A stretch of DNA of 64,000 bases from NCBI RefSeq assembly GCF_006345805.1, contig NC_043002.1, forward strand, positions 91,636,001-91,700,000, read 5' to 3'. The DNA is from Octopus sinensis (taxonomy: Eukaryota). The position numbers and the translations under genes are program-made. This document shows positions 12,113-25,443 of this stretch, piece after piece (position 1 is the first letter of the stretch; each line of letters opens with the position of its first letter). The notes below the pieces were generated by a model. That model made no database searches. It was not told where the DNA came from and was given only the letters and a program-made list of their open reading frames with translations.

Positions 12113-12632
12113 ATGAATAAAAGAACCTACCTAGTCAGAACATCATTTGTATAATGATACAAAGCTAACAACCAGGCATTAATCATTGCAGTGCCAGTAC
12201 AGTTTGAATTGTGTATCAATTAATAAATTGAGTCATATCTATAGAAAGCAATTATTAATTATAATAAAGATGACCGTAGCTAATTGCTTAATCTATTACA
12301 TTTTTAAGTGGCACTTGTTTGACAAGTAGCTCTTAATTAAGTTTGTGTTTTCTGGAGAGAATTCGTCTTGATAGTACGAGTAAAGCTATTTATAATCACA
12401 CTAGATATAATATTTATCTCCACTTAAACGTGGATGTCCTATTATGATAACTTTATTGCTGTTGATGACATGAAAAACGCTCTCATACTGGCTTTTGGTG
12501 TAAAATGAGAGTTACTCTCATGCTGGCCATCACAGTATAGTTTGTTCAAACAGAACATCTCCGTCTAAGCGGGGATAAATATTACTTCTCGGTATTAATA
12601 TTGCCTCTGTTGCTAATATATTTAGTCTTCAA

Positions 12633-12972
12633 CAATAAGGCTGTGCAGTAAGAAGCTTGCTTCCCAATCACGTGGTTCCGAATTTAGTCCCACTGCTGAT
12701 ACCTTTCACAATTGTCTTCTACTATAGCCTCAGGCCAAGCAAAGCCGTACGAGTGGATATGGTAGGTGGAAACTATGCGAGTGTCTTTGTGTCTGTGTTT
12801 GTCTTCGAACACCCCTTGACAACTGGTGTTGGTGTGTTTACGTCCCCGTAACTTAGCAGTTCGGCTAAAGAGACCGATAGTATATATACTAGGCTTGTTC
12901 GACTAAAACTCTTCAAGGCGGTGCTAAAGCATGACTGCAGTCAATACACTGGAGCAAGTAAAAGATAAAAGA
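12633..12972 (+). mobile_element. SINE family B, degenerate (donor of the 13758-13927 templated segment)
   Basis: Aligns to family B with private deletions. Confidence 0.75.
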
Positions 12973-13255
12973 TAGTGTCAGTTAACATGTCTGATCATAG
13001 ATTTTGATGATTCATAATATTTTGAATTAATGGATTGTGGATTAACAAAATCGTTTGTGTACTGGATGAAATGCCTTGCTACACTTGTTCCATGTCATTA
13101 AGGTTAGTTTTTTCTCAAATCTCATCGAGGTCAGTTTTAACCGTAATACCTTCTGATCCAATAAAGTACTTAGTCGAGGGCAGTGGTTTGATTGAATTGC
13201 ATAAAGTAGGACCGTTTCTGATACCAGTTTCCATTGTTTGTATTATGTGATATGT

Positions 13256-13640
13256 GGAGGCGCAATGGCCCAGTGGTTAGGGCAACGGACTCGCTGTCGT
13301 AGGATCGCGGTTTCGATTCCCAGACGGGCGTTGTGAGTGTTTATTGAGCGAAAACACCTAAACCTCCACGAGGCTCCGGCAGGGATGTTGGTGATCCCTA
13401 CTGTACTCTTTCACCACAACTTTCTCTCACTCTTACTTCCTGTTTCTGTTGTACCTGTATTTCAAGGGGCCGGCCTTGTCACTCTCTCTGTCACGCTGAA
13501 TATCCCCGAGAACTACGTTAAGGGTACACGTGTCTGTGGAGTGCTCAGCCACTTACACGTTAATTTCACGAGCAGGCTGTTCCGTTGATTCGGATCAACC
13601 GGAACCCTCATCGTCGTAACCGACGGAGTGTTTCAAGACA
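13256..13640 (+). mobile_element. SINE family A
   Basis: Near-identical to 5430-5818. TSD ATTATGTGATA at 13242-52 and 13641-51. Confidence 0.92.
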
Positions 13641-13641
13641 A

Positions 13642-14459
13642 TTATGTGATAAAATTCCACCTAACGGTTATATATTCGCCGATGGCCAGAGCTAATCACG
13701 TGGTCATTTGATTACAAATTTTTTTTTTGTAATCAAGTGACCACGTGATTATATATTCGTACGAGTGGATATGGTAGGCGGAAACTATGCGTGTGTCTTT
13801 GTGTCTGTGTTCTAACACGTCCTTGACAACTGGTGTTGGTGTGTTTACGTCCCCGTAACTTAACAGTTCGGCTAAAGAGACCGATAGTATATATACTAGG
13901 CTTGTTCGACTAAAACTCTTCAAGGCGAATATATAACCTTTAGGCGTAATTTTATCACATAAGACAAAAAGTCGAAAGGAACGTTTTTGACACCAGTTTC
14001 GACTTTTTGTCTTATGTGATAAAATTCCACCTAACGGTTATATATTCGCCGATGGCCAGAGCTAATCACGTGGTCATTTGATTACAAATTTTTTTTTTGT
14101 AATCAAGTGACCACGTGATTATATATTCGTACGAGTGGATATGGTAGGCGGAAACTATGCGTGTGTCTTTGTGTCTGTGTTCTAACACGTCCTTGACAAC
14201 TGGTGTTGGTGTGTTTACGTCCCCGTAACTTAACAGTTCGGCTAAAGAGACCGATAGTATATATACTAGGCTTGTTCGACTAAAACTCTTCAAGGCGAAT
14301 ATATAACCTTTAGGCGTAATTTTATCACATAAGACAAAAAGTCGAAAGGAACGTTTTTGACACCAGTTTCGACTTTTTGTCTTATGTGATAAAATTCCGC
14401 CTAGGGGTTGTATACTCGCCGGGGGCTAGAGCTAATCATGTGGTCACTTGATTACAAAT
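13642..14459 (+). repeat. 370-bp perfect tandem duplication (13642-14011, 14012-14381) plus a diverged partial third unit, with nested inverted repeats
   Basis: Identical ORF translations are offset by 370 bp. Direct comparison of the two units shows no differences. Confidence 0.92.
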
Positions 14460-14513
14460 GATTACGGAAAGTTACATTGTATGGAGGAGGATTACAGCTG
14501 ACCGATAGAATAT

Positions 14514-14886
14514 CTCTTTACTCTCTTTTCACTCTTTTACTTGTTTCAGTCATTTGACTGCGGCCATGCTGGAGCACCGCCTTTAGTCGAGCCCAGTACT
14601 TATTCTATCAGTCTCTTTTGCTGAAACGCTAAGTGACGGGGACGTAAACACACCAGTATCGGTTGTCAAGCGATGTTGGGGGGACAAACACAGACACACA
14701 AACACACACACATACATATATACGACAGGCTTCTTTCAGTTTCCGTCTACCAAATCCACTCACAAGGCATTGGTCGGCCCGGGGCTATAGCAGAAGACAC
14801 TTGCCCAAGATGCCACGCAGTGGGACTGAACCCGAAACCATGTGGCTGGTTATCTAGCTACTTACCACACAGCCACGCCTGCGCCT
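14514..14886 (-). mobile_element. SINE family B
   Basis: Aligns to the family B consensus inferred from the other copies. Confidence 0.9.
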
Positions 14887-15569
14887 ATATATATATATAT
14901 ATTGTATATTTCTATAAAAGTGACAAGCATGAAGGCACGTAGCAACGTGGTTTAGGATGTTGGGAACATGATCAAAAGACAGGTGAGTTTCGACTCCTGG
15001 GTCGAGTGGCGTGTTGTATCCTTAAGGAAATCTGGTAGATGCTTCGGTTTACGCAGATGAAATAACTACCAACCGAGTGTTGTCGAGTACCCCCGTCTCT
15101 TCGGCTGTCACATCATAGATGTTCTGCTAAGTTGGCCCTTGGAATGTCTTTGTTAATTCTCCAATATAAAGCCACTTCAAAGAATTAACGAAAACAGCGC
15201 ATGCTACCAGGCCATACCAACATGCGAATGAGTTAAGGTATTTGAGGGGTGGGGAACATAAAAGGCATAAAAGGCATAAAAGGAATGGAATGATGCCATT
15301 GCTAAATATTTTTCCGGATACATTACCAGCCTTGTATGAAGTTTCTAACTTGGAATATATAAATATCTTTATGAGCTGTCATACTGGGGAAAATAAAAAA
15401 ATTTCTACGACTTGCAAGTACATATTGCCTACACTGTATATATATGTGTGTGAATGTGTATGTGCATGCGTGTGAGTGTGTGTGAGTGTGTGTGTGTGTA
15501 TGTGTGAGCGTGTGTACTTCTTTGCATGAATTTATGTATATATATATATATATGAGCGTGTCTGTATAT

Positions 15570-15955
15570 AGTGACTGTGTGGTAAGTAGCTTGCTTACCA
15601 ACCACAAGGTTCCGGGTTCATTCCCACTGCGTGGCACCTTGCGCAAGTGTCTTCTACTATAGCTTCGGGCCGACCAAAGCCTTGTGAGTGGATTTGGTAG
15701 ACGGAAACTGAAAGAAACCCGTCGTACATATGTTTGTGTGTCTGTATTTGTCCACCCACCCCCAACATTGCTTGACAACGGATGCTAGTGTGTTTACGCC
15801 CCCGTAACTTAGCGATTCGGCAAAAAAAAAACGATAGAATAAGTACTAGGCTTCCAAAGAATAAGTCCTTGGGTCAATTTTCTCGACTAAAGGCGGTGCT
15901 CCAGCATAGCCGCAGTCAAATGACTGAAACAAGTAAAGAAGTAAAAGAGTAAAGA
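15570..15955 (+). mobile_element. SINE family B
   Basis: Aligns to the family B consensus inferred from the other copies. Confidence 0.9.
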
Positions 15956-16053
15956 ATATATATGTACGTTCACACACAGACACACACACACAGATACACA
16001 CACACAGAGACACACGCACAGATACTACACACACACAGACACACAGACACACA

Positions 16054-16119
<66 letters not shown>

Positions 16120-17014
16120 CTGACAAGTGCTTAGCAGGTTTAATATAAATGTGTTTGTGTTAGAAGAAACATCGTACTTTGCTGTATGTCATTGAATTTG
16201 TTTTTATATTGCGCTGTCAATAATATTTGTAATTTGTGAAGTTTTAAATGTTTCGTAATACACGTCTCACCACTCGCACGCACACACGCGCACACACACG
16301 CACACACACACATTTATATACCAGGAATAACATTTAGAAAATAAAAAGAAATGAAGCATTAATTATGAGTAAAATAAAACCGAACAAAAATCCTCTTCTT
16401 GTAATGCACCGATCGATAAGGGGAGCTAAAACTTCATTGTATCGTTGGTGAGGATTTCAGACAAACGTTTATATACTACGCAAGAGCATTCACGCACAGA
16501 AAATCAAATTAACTAAAAGCTCAAATTGAATTAACTAAAAGCTCAAACAGAAATGATTTGAGACAGAAAAAGGTATGACAAACAGATACAAATGTTAAAC
16601 AAACAAGGAATTGGAAATAAACTTAAACCAAAAAAAAAACCCCAAAAAAACCCCCAAAACACGTAAACGACTTCGATAACATCGACAATGTAAATGTGTT
16701 TATAATACTTTTAACTAAATGAACCCTTAATAGATATTTTAATCAACCGTTTCGTTAATAGTTAATGTAGTTACTTAGATTCAACTGTTCCCTCAAATAA
16801 TTCTTTGTTATCGCTCCTTCGTTTATTACCTCTATATCATTCACTTAAGGGTATTTTCCTTTTAACAGTATTCTATTTAAGAACGTTCATTTCTTATTCA
16901 GTATTTGGTTGTTATATACTAATTAGTCGAAGTTTGAATCCTAAACATGAATTGACACTCAGAACTCCTCTTTGTTTAAATGCATGTATGTATGTGTTTA
17001 TGTATGTATATTTC

Positions 17015-17147
17015 GTACATATATTTGGTAACACCCGATGTAAACACATACACTGGTTCGTTACTTTTGGTGACCCATCACACTGGTCCACTACACATAT
17101 GTAACAAACCGGTGTGTGTCGACATCGGTGTTATCAAATATATGTAC
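17015..17147. repeat. Imperfect fold-back (~48-bp arms, 36-nt spacer)
   Basis: GTACATATATTTGGTAACACC...GTTAC versus GTAAC...GGTGTTATCAAATATATGTAC. Confidence 0.8.
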
Positions 17148-17274
17148 AGGGTTACCATAGGTAATGCACAAATGTAAGGTTCTCACGTCGGAGGTACCAA
17201 TCGTAACGTACAAATGAAAAGTTACTTCATATAGAAAGAACGATTCTTGTTCCGTTTACGGGGTCGATATATGT

Positions 17275-17660
17275 AGGCGCAGTAGTGGCTGTGTGGTAAG
17301 TATCTTGTTTACCAACCACATGGTTCCGGGTTCAGTCCCACTGCGTGGCACCTTAGGCAAGTGTCTTCTACTATAGCCTCGGGCTGACCAAAGCCATGTG
17401 AGTGGATTTGGTAGACGGAAACTGAAAGAAGCCTGTCGTATATATGTATATATATATATATGCGTGTGTGTGTGTGTTTGTGTGTCAGTCTTTGTCCCCC
17501 TAGCATTGCTTGACAACCGATGCTGGTGTGTTTATGTCCCCGTTACTTAGCGGTTCGGCAAAAGAGACCGATAGAATAAGTCCCGGGGTCGAGTTGCTCG
17601 ATTAAAGGCGGTGTTCCAGCATGGCCGCAGTCAAATGACTGAAACAAGTAAAAGAGAGAG
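17275..17660 (+). mobile_element. SINE family B
   Basis: Aligns to family B, with an internal deletion in the tail. Confidence 0.9.
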
Positions 17661-18106
17661 AGTTGTTCGAAAGTAAGATGAGACAGCGGAATAACTTCGA
17701 AGAGAAAAGATTAATATTCACAGATTTATTTGTCGGCAGCAGTTAGTAAAACAGATAGTAGTTGGTAGTGTGGAATACAAGGTACGTTATGTTGACAGAG
17801 CAGAAGAAAAGGCAAGAATTACGTTGTCCCTTTCCATTCAGCTGAAGCTCCCCGTTCGAGGTCTGCCAACCGAAGAGGTCGAGAGACTGATGCCCTCAAT
17901 TATATAAGGTATTGCCAGGAGGTAGATCAAACCTAAAACAATGGAATGACTACCATGAGCAGCAACGGTAATCAGAGGTCAAGTATTTCTCATTAATCTC
18001 CCATCACAGAAATGAAACACAAAAGATCAGACTGTCGTCTGACAAGTGTGTGGATTCGGTTTCGAATCTCAGATAGTCAGGGCCAAGCGATTTCCCACAT
18101 ATTCAT

Positions 18107-18355
18107 ACATGTATGTATGTATGTATGTATGTATGTATGTATGTATGTATGTATGTATGTATGTATGTATGCATGCATGTGTGTGTGTATGTATGTATGT
18201 ATGTATGTATGTATGTATGTATGTATGTATGTATGTATGTATGTACGTATGCATGCATGCGTGTATGTATGTATGTATGTATGTATGTATGTATGTATGT
18301 ATGTATGTATGTATGTATGTATGTATGCATGTATGTATGAGTGTATGTATGTATA
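18107..18355. repeat. (GTAT)n microsatellite
   Basis: Direct inspection. Confidence 0.95.
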
Positions 18356-18669
18356 TTTGTGTTAGATCACGCTTGGTATTGTCGGTAACATGTAACATAA
18401 TACAAAGTGTTGCATGGTCGGGCCGTCGGCGATTTGACCAACAATCCCTCAAACCTTTTTGATACGGAGGGTGATTTTTTTGCTGGACATCCTTCAGAAC
18501 AAGAAACAAAATACTTCAAAAGACAGGGGTACCCAGTAGAGTCAACTGCTATCCAGGAACTGGGTATGAGAGTCATCTAGTCTTTATTTAGACATCTCTT
18601 TAGAGGGAAGTTCCAAAATAACACCTGCCTCATTGTAAAACTGGAGAATTTGCTCTTGTTTGTTCCTGG

Positions 18670-19091
18670 ACTCCTTACTCTTTACTCTTTTACTTGTTTC
18701 AGTCATTTGACTGCGGCCATGCTGGAGCACCGCCTTAGTCGAGCAAATCATCCCCGGGACTTATTCTTTGTAAGCCCAGTACTTATTCTATCGGTCTCTT
18801 TTGCCGAACCGCTAAGTGACAGGGACGTAAACACACCAGCATTGGTTGTCAAGCAATGCTAGATGGACAAACACAGACACACAAACATATACACACATAC
18901 ATATATATATATATATATACATATATACAACAAGCTTCTTTCAGTGTCTGTCTACCAAATCTACTCACAAGGCATTGGTCAGTCCGGGGCTATAGCAGAA
19001 GACACTATAGAAGATGCCACGCAGTGGGACTGAACCCAGAACCATGTGGTTGGTAGGCAAGCTACTTACCACACAGCCACTCCTGCGCCTA
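18670..19091 (-). mobile_element. SINE family B
   Basis: Aligns to the family B consensus inferred from the other copies. Confidence 0.9.
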
Positions 19092-19124
19092 TACTTGGCT
19101 TAGTAGAGTCTTAGAGGTGTTGTG

Positions 19125-20420
19125 CAAACTGGTCAAGTTAAATTAGATATGGGGGTATGTGTAGATGCATCGCGTCGTTGTATCCATCATTTGTCGATAT
19201 TTGTTTGGTTTGCCTCTTACAACGCTGTGAGCAGTGTCCCAGTCAGTCATCAATTCAGCGAGACACTTACTCGTACACTGTGACCATGTAGCATGTGGCC
19301 AACCAACACAAGCCTCACCCACAGGATCCTCAGACAAGAGAAAACGATACGCAGTATCCGACTCGGAAAATCGAGCGAACTGACTGATCACCCTGAGCTA
19401 ACTCTCTCGAGTCATACAAATAACAGGGCGCATCCCACTTTCTGAGAATAGTCATTGGTTGAAAATGAAATGCGACCAATGATACCCCATAATCCTGTGA
19501 AGTATCTTCGTACTAAAGGAGTTTACGCGACCTCTAGGGGCTCGGGACATTGTCCTAGTCATGCAACTATATAGCAAAACAAAGAAGACCAGAGACCGGA
19601 AGACCCGAAGCTTTGTCCTTCTGTTCAGATACTAGCATTGCCAAACATACTTATCCAGTAAGTCCACAACTACACCAACTCATTCAAATATTTTTAAGAC
19701 TTCGGACTCGCGGCTAATGGATCACATTGTCAAGATAAGTGAAACGGTCAACAACTTCGACATTCTCATTCGCCACAAAGATAGACAAAATGGAGTCTTC
19801 CAGGACGCCAACGAAACTAGACTTTAGTTTTGACCCAAGAAACTCTAAAGCCAAGTCTTCCCGCTGTCTTAATCAAAGAAACGACTCCTTGACAAATCCA
19901 GAGTCTCAGCAAGAGTAACTGCATTGTCAGCAAAATCCAGGTCAGTAATCATAGTTACACCAATGAGTACTCCACAACTTGAGTGAGTTAGCATTTGATC
20001 CAGTATCCAGTCCATGCAGACACTGGACAGAGAAGAGGCCAAAACACAACCCTGACAGACACTAGATCTAACTGGGAAAGGGTCTGATGTTGAGCCCTTA
20101 ATTCGAATAGTGTTCACTGTACCAATATACAAGGCCTCTCATTTAGATGGGGAAGTATACCTCGCAGCTCCAGAATATTCCACTGCACATGCCTATCCAT
20201 CGAGTCAAATGTCTTACAGACTTCGACATAAGCTGCAAGCAGCCTCTGTTGAAAGCTCCGCCTGCGTTCGATGAAGGCACCAAAAACCAGGATACTATCA
20301 GCGGTTGATTACTCACGGCTGAGAGAGAAGCAGATGAGTTCGCACTCTGTTTAGAATAACCCTGGCAAAACCTTACCAGCAGTGCCACAGCATTGTAGTT
20401 GTTTCAGACGTGGTAGTCAC
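19125..20420 (-). mobile_element. RTE-clade LINE RT/3' relic
   Basis: LAAYVEVCKTFDS, VCQGCVLA, ITDLDFADN, GFRVSWVKTKV, ENVEVVDRFTYL, RTKLRVFRSLV. Degenerate. Confidence 0.85.
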
Positions 20421-20585
20421 TGTGACCTTTGCAAAGAGAGACAATTATACCCCACTACAAACTGGTATTAAATTTCAGCACAAAGATTGCTGATAGCTAT
20501 TGTTTATAACATCTAGGATAAGATAATTTTTTATTGACGCTCAAACTCGTCTCTGAGTTGACACCCACCACGTATGTATGTATGT

Positions 20586-20970
20586 GGATGGAAGCACTCC
20601 GTCAGTTACGACGACGAGGGTTCTGGTTGATCCGAATCAACGGAACAGCCTGCTCGTGAAATTAACGTGTAAGTGGCTGAGCATTCCACAGACACGTGTA
20701 CCCTTAACGTAGTTCTCGGGGATATTCAGCGTGACACAGAGAGTGACAAGGCCGGCCCTTTGAAATACAGGTACAACAGAAACAGGAAGTAAGAGTGAGA
20801 GAAAGTTGTGGTGAAAGAGTACATCAGGGATCACCAACATCCCTGCCAGAGCCTCATGGAGCTTTAGGTGTTTTCGCTCAATAAACACTCACAACGCCCG
20901 GTCTGGGAATCGAAACCGCGATCCTACGACCGCGAGTCCGCTGCCCTAACCACTGGGCCATTGCGCTTCC
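20586..20970 (-). mobile_element. SINE family A
   Basis: Near-identical. TSD ACGTATGTATGTATGT at 20570-85 and 20971-86. Confidence 0.92.
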
Positions 20971-21442
20971 ACGTATGTATGTATGTATGTATGTATGTAT
21001 GTATGTATGTATGTATGTATGTATGCATGCATGCATGCAGGTATTCATTCTAAGATGAGGCAATACTGGTTACACTATTCTTTGCTGTTGATATCTAATA
21101 AGATTGAAGCTTGTCTAGTATCGGTACAGCTTAACAAAAGTTCTATTCATCTCCATTCAGCGTTCTATATAATTTTAATTAATTTTAATTTCCAGAATTG
21201 ACTCCACCGCCTTTACTTTTACTAAAATTAATCATTAAAATAATTGTTCTAAATTGTTTTAATTTATTAAAAGGTCTCGGATCACTACATTACAATTCAT
21301 TGCTCCTGTGTCTTACTCTTTTTACTGTTAGCTACTTCTCCAGCTATGTGCTTTTGTTAAAAGTGTTAGAAATAACTGTTCATCCTTCTCAAATCACTAT
21401 TCATTCTCCAACGAGATTCAATGAATGATCAACAGTGTAGTT

Positions 21443-21446
<4 letters not shown>

Positions 21447-21514
<68 letters not shown>

Positions 21515-21678
21515 ATATGGATCTCTCCATTTTGCATTCCAGGAGACTGAAGGTGTGGGCTCAGGTAAGGGGGTCTGCGAAACTTGAAGTAACACGGAAC
21601 CGAATCAAACAGCTTTAAGTGATAACTGTACCTCCATATAAATGTTTTGAGTGCCTTTTTCTTTCGTGTGTCCACTCA

Positions 21679-21718
<40 letters not shown>

Positions 21719-21871
21719 ATATAATATATATATATATACTATAAAGCATATTACTCTACCCCTGGTATTTGAGTACTCTTTTTTTCCACCTTGTTCATTG
21801 CATTTATGTTTTACTCCGTATATATATATATATAATATATATATTATATATATATTATATATATATATATA

Positions 21872-21909
<38 letters not shown>

Positions 21910-21915
21910 TTCCTG

Positions 21916-21998
<83 letters not shown>

Positions 21999-22010
21999 GT
22001 CTATCTGTCT
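21447..22010. repeat. (TC)n, (TA)n and (CTAT)n microsatellite cluster
   Basis: Direct inspection. Confidence 0.9.
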
Positions 22011-22189
22011 GTCGTCGCTCAGTCCTCCAATCAGTTGCCAAAAATGGATAATCCTACGACGGACGGGCATCCTGTCCAGGTGGAGTATTTATACACCATA
22101 GAAGCCGAGAAACCAGTCCTCATGAGCCGGCATGACTAGAGGAAGAAACTTTACTTTTACCTTACCCATTACACGTGAACACCTCAGAC

Positions 22190-23590
22190 TCAACTATTAA
22201 TTAGGTACGAACGGTGATGATGCTGAGAGAGTCGAAGGACATGGAAATCAGGCGTAATCCACCAGATGTGAAAACAGCTAGGAAGTAGAAAACAGAGACT
22301 GATGACATCCTGTCTTCTCTTACACACCGAGATATGGCGGGTGCAACACAAATTCATCGAAAGGGACTTGGTTTTGGCGCAGATCGATTCAGACCGTTTG
22401 CAAGTATGATGCGGAGCGAATGCAGATTTGTTGTTAGCAACAGCGTCAAAACGAGGGAGGTTGATAGAAGACTGTTTAATTTGATCCAATGCATTCAACA
22501 AAGACAGATGATGAGATGAGAGGAACATGTTTCCGAGAGAAAATAAGTTGAGATGAGATATGGAGGTGGATCACATCTCGGCTGTTTTCTGATTCGTTCA
22601 TTCTATGATGTCTTGCCATCACATGCAAATCTAGTAAGATGGAACATCTCAGAGAATGATATATGTAAATGCGGAAAGGTCAGAATACTGAAACATATTC
22701 TTTCCAACTGTTCACTAGCATTGAACAGGTATATATGGAGACACAACCTCGTCCTTACGGTTATCTTCAATGCTACAAAGAACCAACAACAGTGAAAAAA
22801 AAAACGTTAAAAGTACCAACTAGAGATTCCATTACCTTCGTGCGCTCAGGACAGTGGATCTGTTTCAAGAAGAACAACAAACATCCTGTGAGTGATGAAA
22901 AGGGGAACGGCTATTGGGAGGTGACTGCAGAGTTTACCAGGGTGCCAGGAACTCTTTCACATCCCAGTTACGAAACTGCAGAGTTTACCAGGGTGCCAGG
23001 AACTCTTTCACATCCCAGTTACGAAACTGCAGAGTTTACCAGGGTGCCAGGAACTCTTTCACATCCCAGTTACGAAACTGCAGAGTTTACCAGGGTGCCA
23101 GGAACTCTTTCACATCCCAGTTACGAAAAGAAAACGGATATTTTAATGTGGTGTGAAAGAAAGAAAATTGTGAATCTAGTCGAGTTAACGGTTCCTTGTG
23201 AAGGTAACATGGACGCCGCTCGGGCTCGAAAGATTGACTGTTATGTAAATAACCTCGAGGAATGTGAAGAATCAGACTGGAAAGCGGAGCATTTTCCAAT
23301 CGAAGTCGGATGTAGAGGGATTGTTGAACACAGTGTGAGACGACAGTTGTTATAGTTAGGCCTAACTCATCGTAAAGTAAATGACCGATATCCAAACTAT
23401 AGTGGAAAAGGCTAGTTACTGGATTTGGTTAAAAAGAGACGATGAGCGATGGCTAGAAGTATATTGAGCTTTATTTGAAACCAGCTGATCTAGTAAGCGG
23501 AGCCTCATATCAGTGAGGGGGCCGTTGTGCATTGATGCCGTCGAGAGGTAGGCCCCGAACCAACGCGCATTCTCTCACTTGATGACCCCA
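22190..23590 (+). mobile_element. Hero-like (R2-group) RLE LINE 3' relic
   Basis: VMMLRESKD..., RKGLG, FLIRSFYDVLPS.ANL.RW...CKCG...LKHILSNC...RYIWRHN.VL, VELTVPCE, FPIEVGCRG, ASYWIWLKRD. Multiple stops and frameshifts. Confidence 0.8.
22924..23127 (+). repeat. 4 identical tandem copies of a 51-bp unit inside the Hero-like relic
   Basis: Unit ACTGCAGAGTTTACCAGGGTGCCAGGAACTCTTTCACATCCCAGTTACGAA starts at 22924, 22975, 23026 and 23077. Confidence 0.95.
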
Positions 23591-24255
23591 TAAACTTGCT
23601 AGCTTCCGATATGCGGAGTGCTCGATCGGTAGCACTTGTATGTGCAAATTGTTTGCGAAATATCTCATCCGTTCAGAAATCCATCACCAAATCTATAATG
23701 CAAATTCTTTTTAAGCAGAATGTTTCTTTTTGCTTTACAATATATTTTCGTTACCTTATTCCTTGTGTCGCCAAAGGTATCTTCTCAGGTCAGCATAAAA
23801 GACAACTAAATGTCAATTGAAATTGCTATGGCGCGTGTTGGAAGATTAGTCACGAGTTGTAAAGAATGGGAGGAAAATTAGTACATATACAATGCTTCTG
23901 TCAGCTGGTACTGATTGAAGTAAGTGCTGCAGTGTTAAAAAATATTCGGCTGAAGAGTAAGCGGGAGAAGTGGAGGTGGAACTGGAGAAGGAGGAAGAGA
24001 AGGAGAGGAGGAGGAGGGGAGAAGAGGAGGAGTGAGGATATAAACACAGCAGGAAATAAAAAAAAACAAATATGGATTTGATGGTTAATTGAGCCGAGAG
24101 ATTAACTGTTGTGAATGAGCAAAGAATGCTTGAGCATGGTAGCAGTGTGAGGAAGAGAGAGAGAGAGAGAGAGGGGGGGGAAGGAAAGGAGTAACGAGTT
24201 AGAGAGGGAATAAAGAAGACAGGAAGAGAAGGATTGGAAAGATGATATAATAATG

Positions 24256-24493
24256 AGAAGAAGAAAAGAAGAGAAGAAGAGAATAGAAGAAGGAGAGAAG
24301 AGAAGAAGAAGAAGAAGAAGGGCAGAAAAGAAGAAGAAGAAGAAGAGGATGAAAAAGAAGAAGAAGAAGAAGAAAAAGAAGAAGAAGAAGAAGAAGAAGA
24401 AAAAGAAGAAGAAGAAGAAAAAAAAGAAGAAGAAGAAGAAGAAGAAGAAGAAGAAGAAGAAGAAGAAGAAGAAGAAGAAGAAGAAGAAGAAGA
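24256..24493. repeat. (AAG)n microsatellite
   Basis: Direct inspection. Confidence 0.95.
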
Positions 24494-24983
24494 ATGCTTG
24501 CGAGAAATATTTTTCGCAAACGAGTTTGGTCTGCTTAATGAATGTGTATCAAGCGACGGGTTTGTTAGATTAGTTTTGTGCGATTTACATAGGAATTCGA
24601 TCTAATTAGGAGGAGACTAAATATTGAAAAAGTAATGCGGCGGCGGGGGTGGGGTGGGTAAAAAGTTTGGGGTGGTGGAGAAAGAATGATTAGCTAGCTT
24701 CAACGTATCGACAAGTGGAATGATGAATACAATCTGCAATTAATGCTTCTTTCTAGCAAAGGTGTCTGCGAGTTAAAGAGGCAATATATATTAATAATTC
24801 ATTTGATGAAAGTACAGTAACACAAGGGATGAAATCTAAGGCAGATTAAGAATGTTTGCAATGAAATCTGATCGCTGAAAGTGAATATGGCAGTTATAAA
24901 TTACAAGCAACAGTCAATATAGTGGTACTGAAAACAGATCTATATATACATATATATATATAATAATATATATATATATATAT

Positions 24984-25015
<32 letters not shown>

Positions 25016-25175
25016 CTATATATATATTATGTGAAATAGAAAGATGAATAATCTTGTAGTAGATTAATCAAAAGTTTAACCGATACCTTAGTAGCAAAAA
25101 TCACAGCAGTGAACAGCACGGGTGGAGGTACAACCATCTGGCGTTGCAACCGTGCGTGGTGCGGATAATTGAAAT

Positions 25176-25404
25176 TAAAACATTATTGGTGAATTGAAGA
25201 AATGGAGCTGAACGCAGATTGAACATAATCGTTTTATTTCATTCTACACGTGTTTCGAAAGGCACAAATTACCAAAATCCGATTGAATATGGTCCCATTA
25301 TTCAATCGGATTTTGGTAATTTGTGCCTTTCGAAACACGTGTAGAATGAAATAAAACGATTTCTGTTCAATCTGCGTTCAGCTCCATTTCTTCAATTCAC
25401 CAAT

Positions 25405-25413
<9 letters not shown>
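25176..25413. repeat. Near-perfect 114/115-bp-arm palindrome with a 9-nt loop
   Basis: Arms 25176-25289 and 25299-25413 differ by one substitution and one indel. Confidence 0.95.
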
Positions 25414-25443
<30 letters not shown>

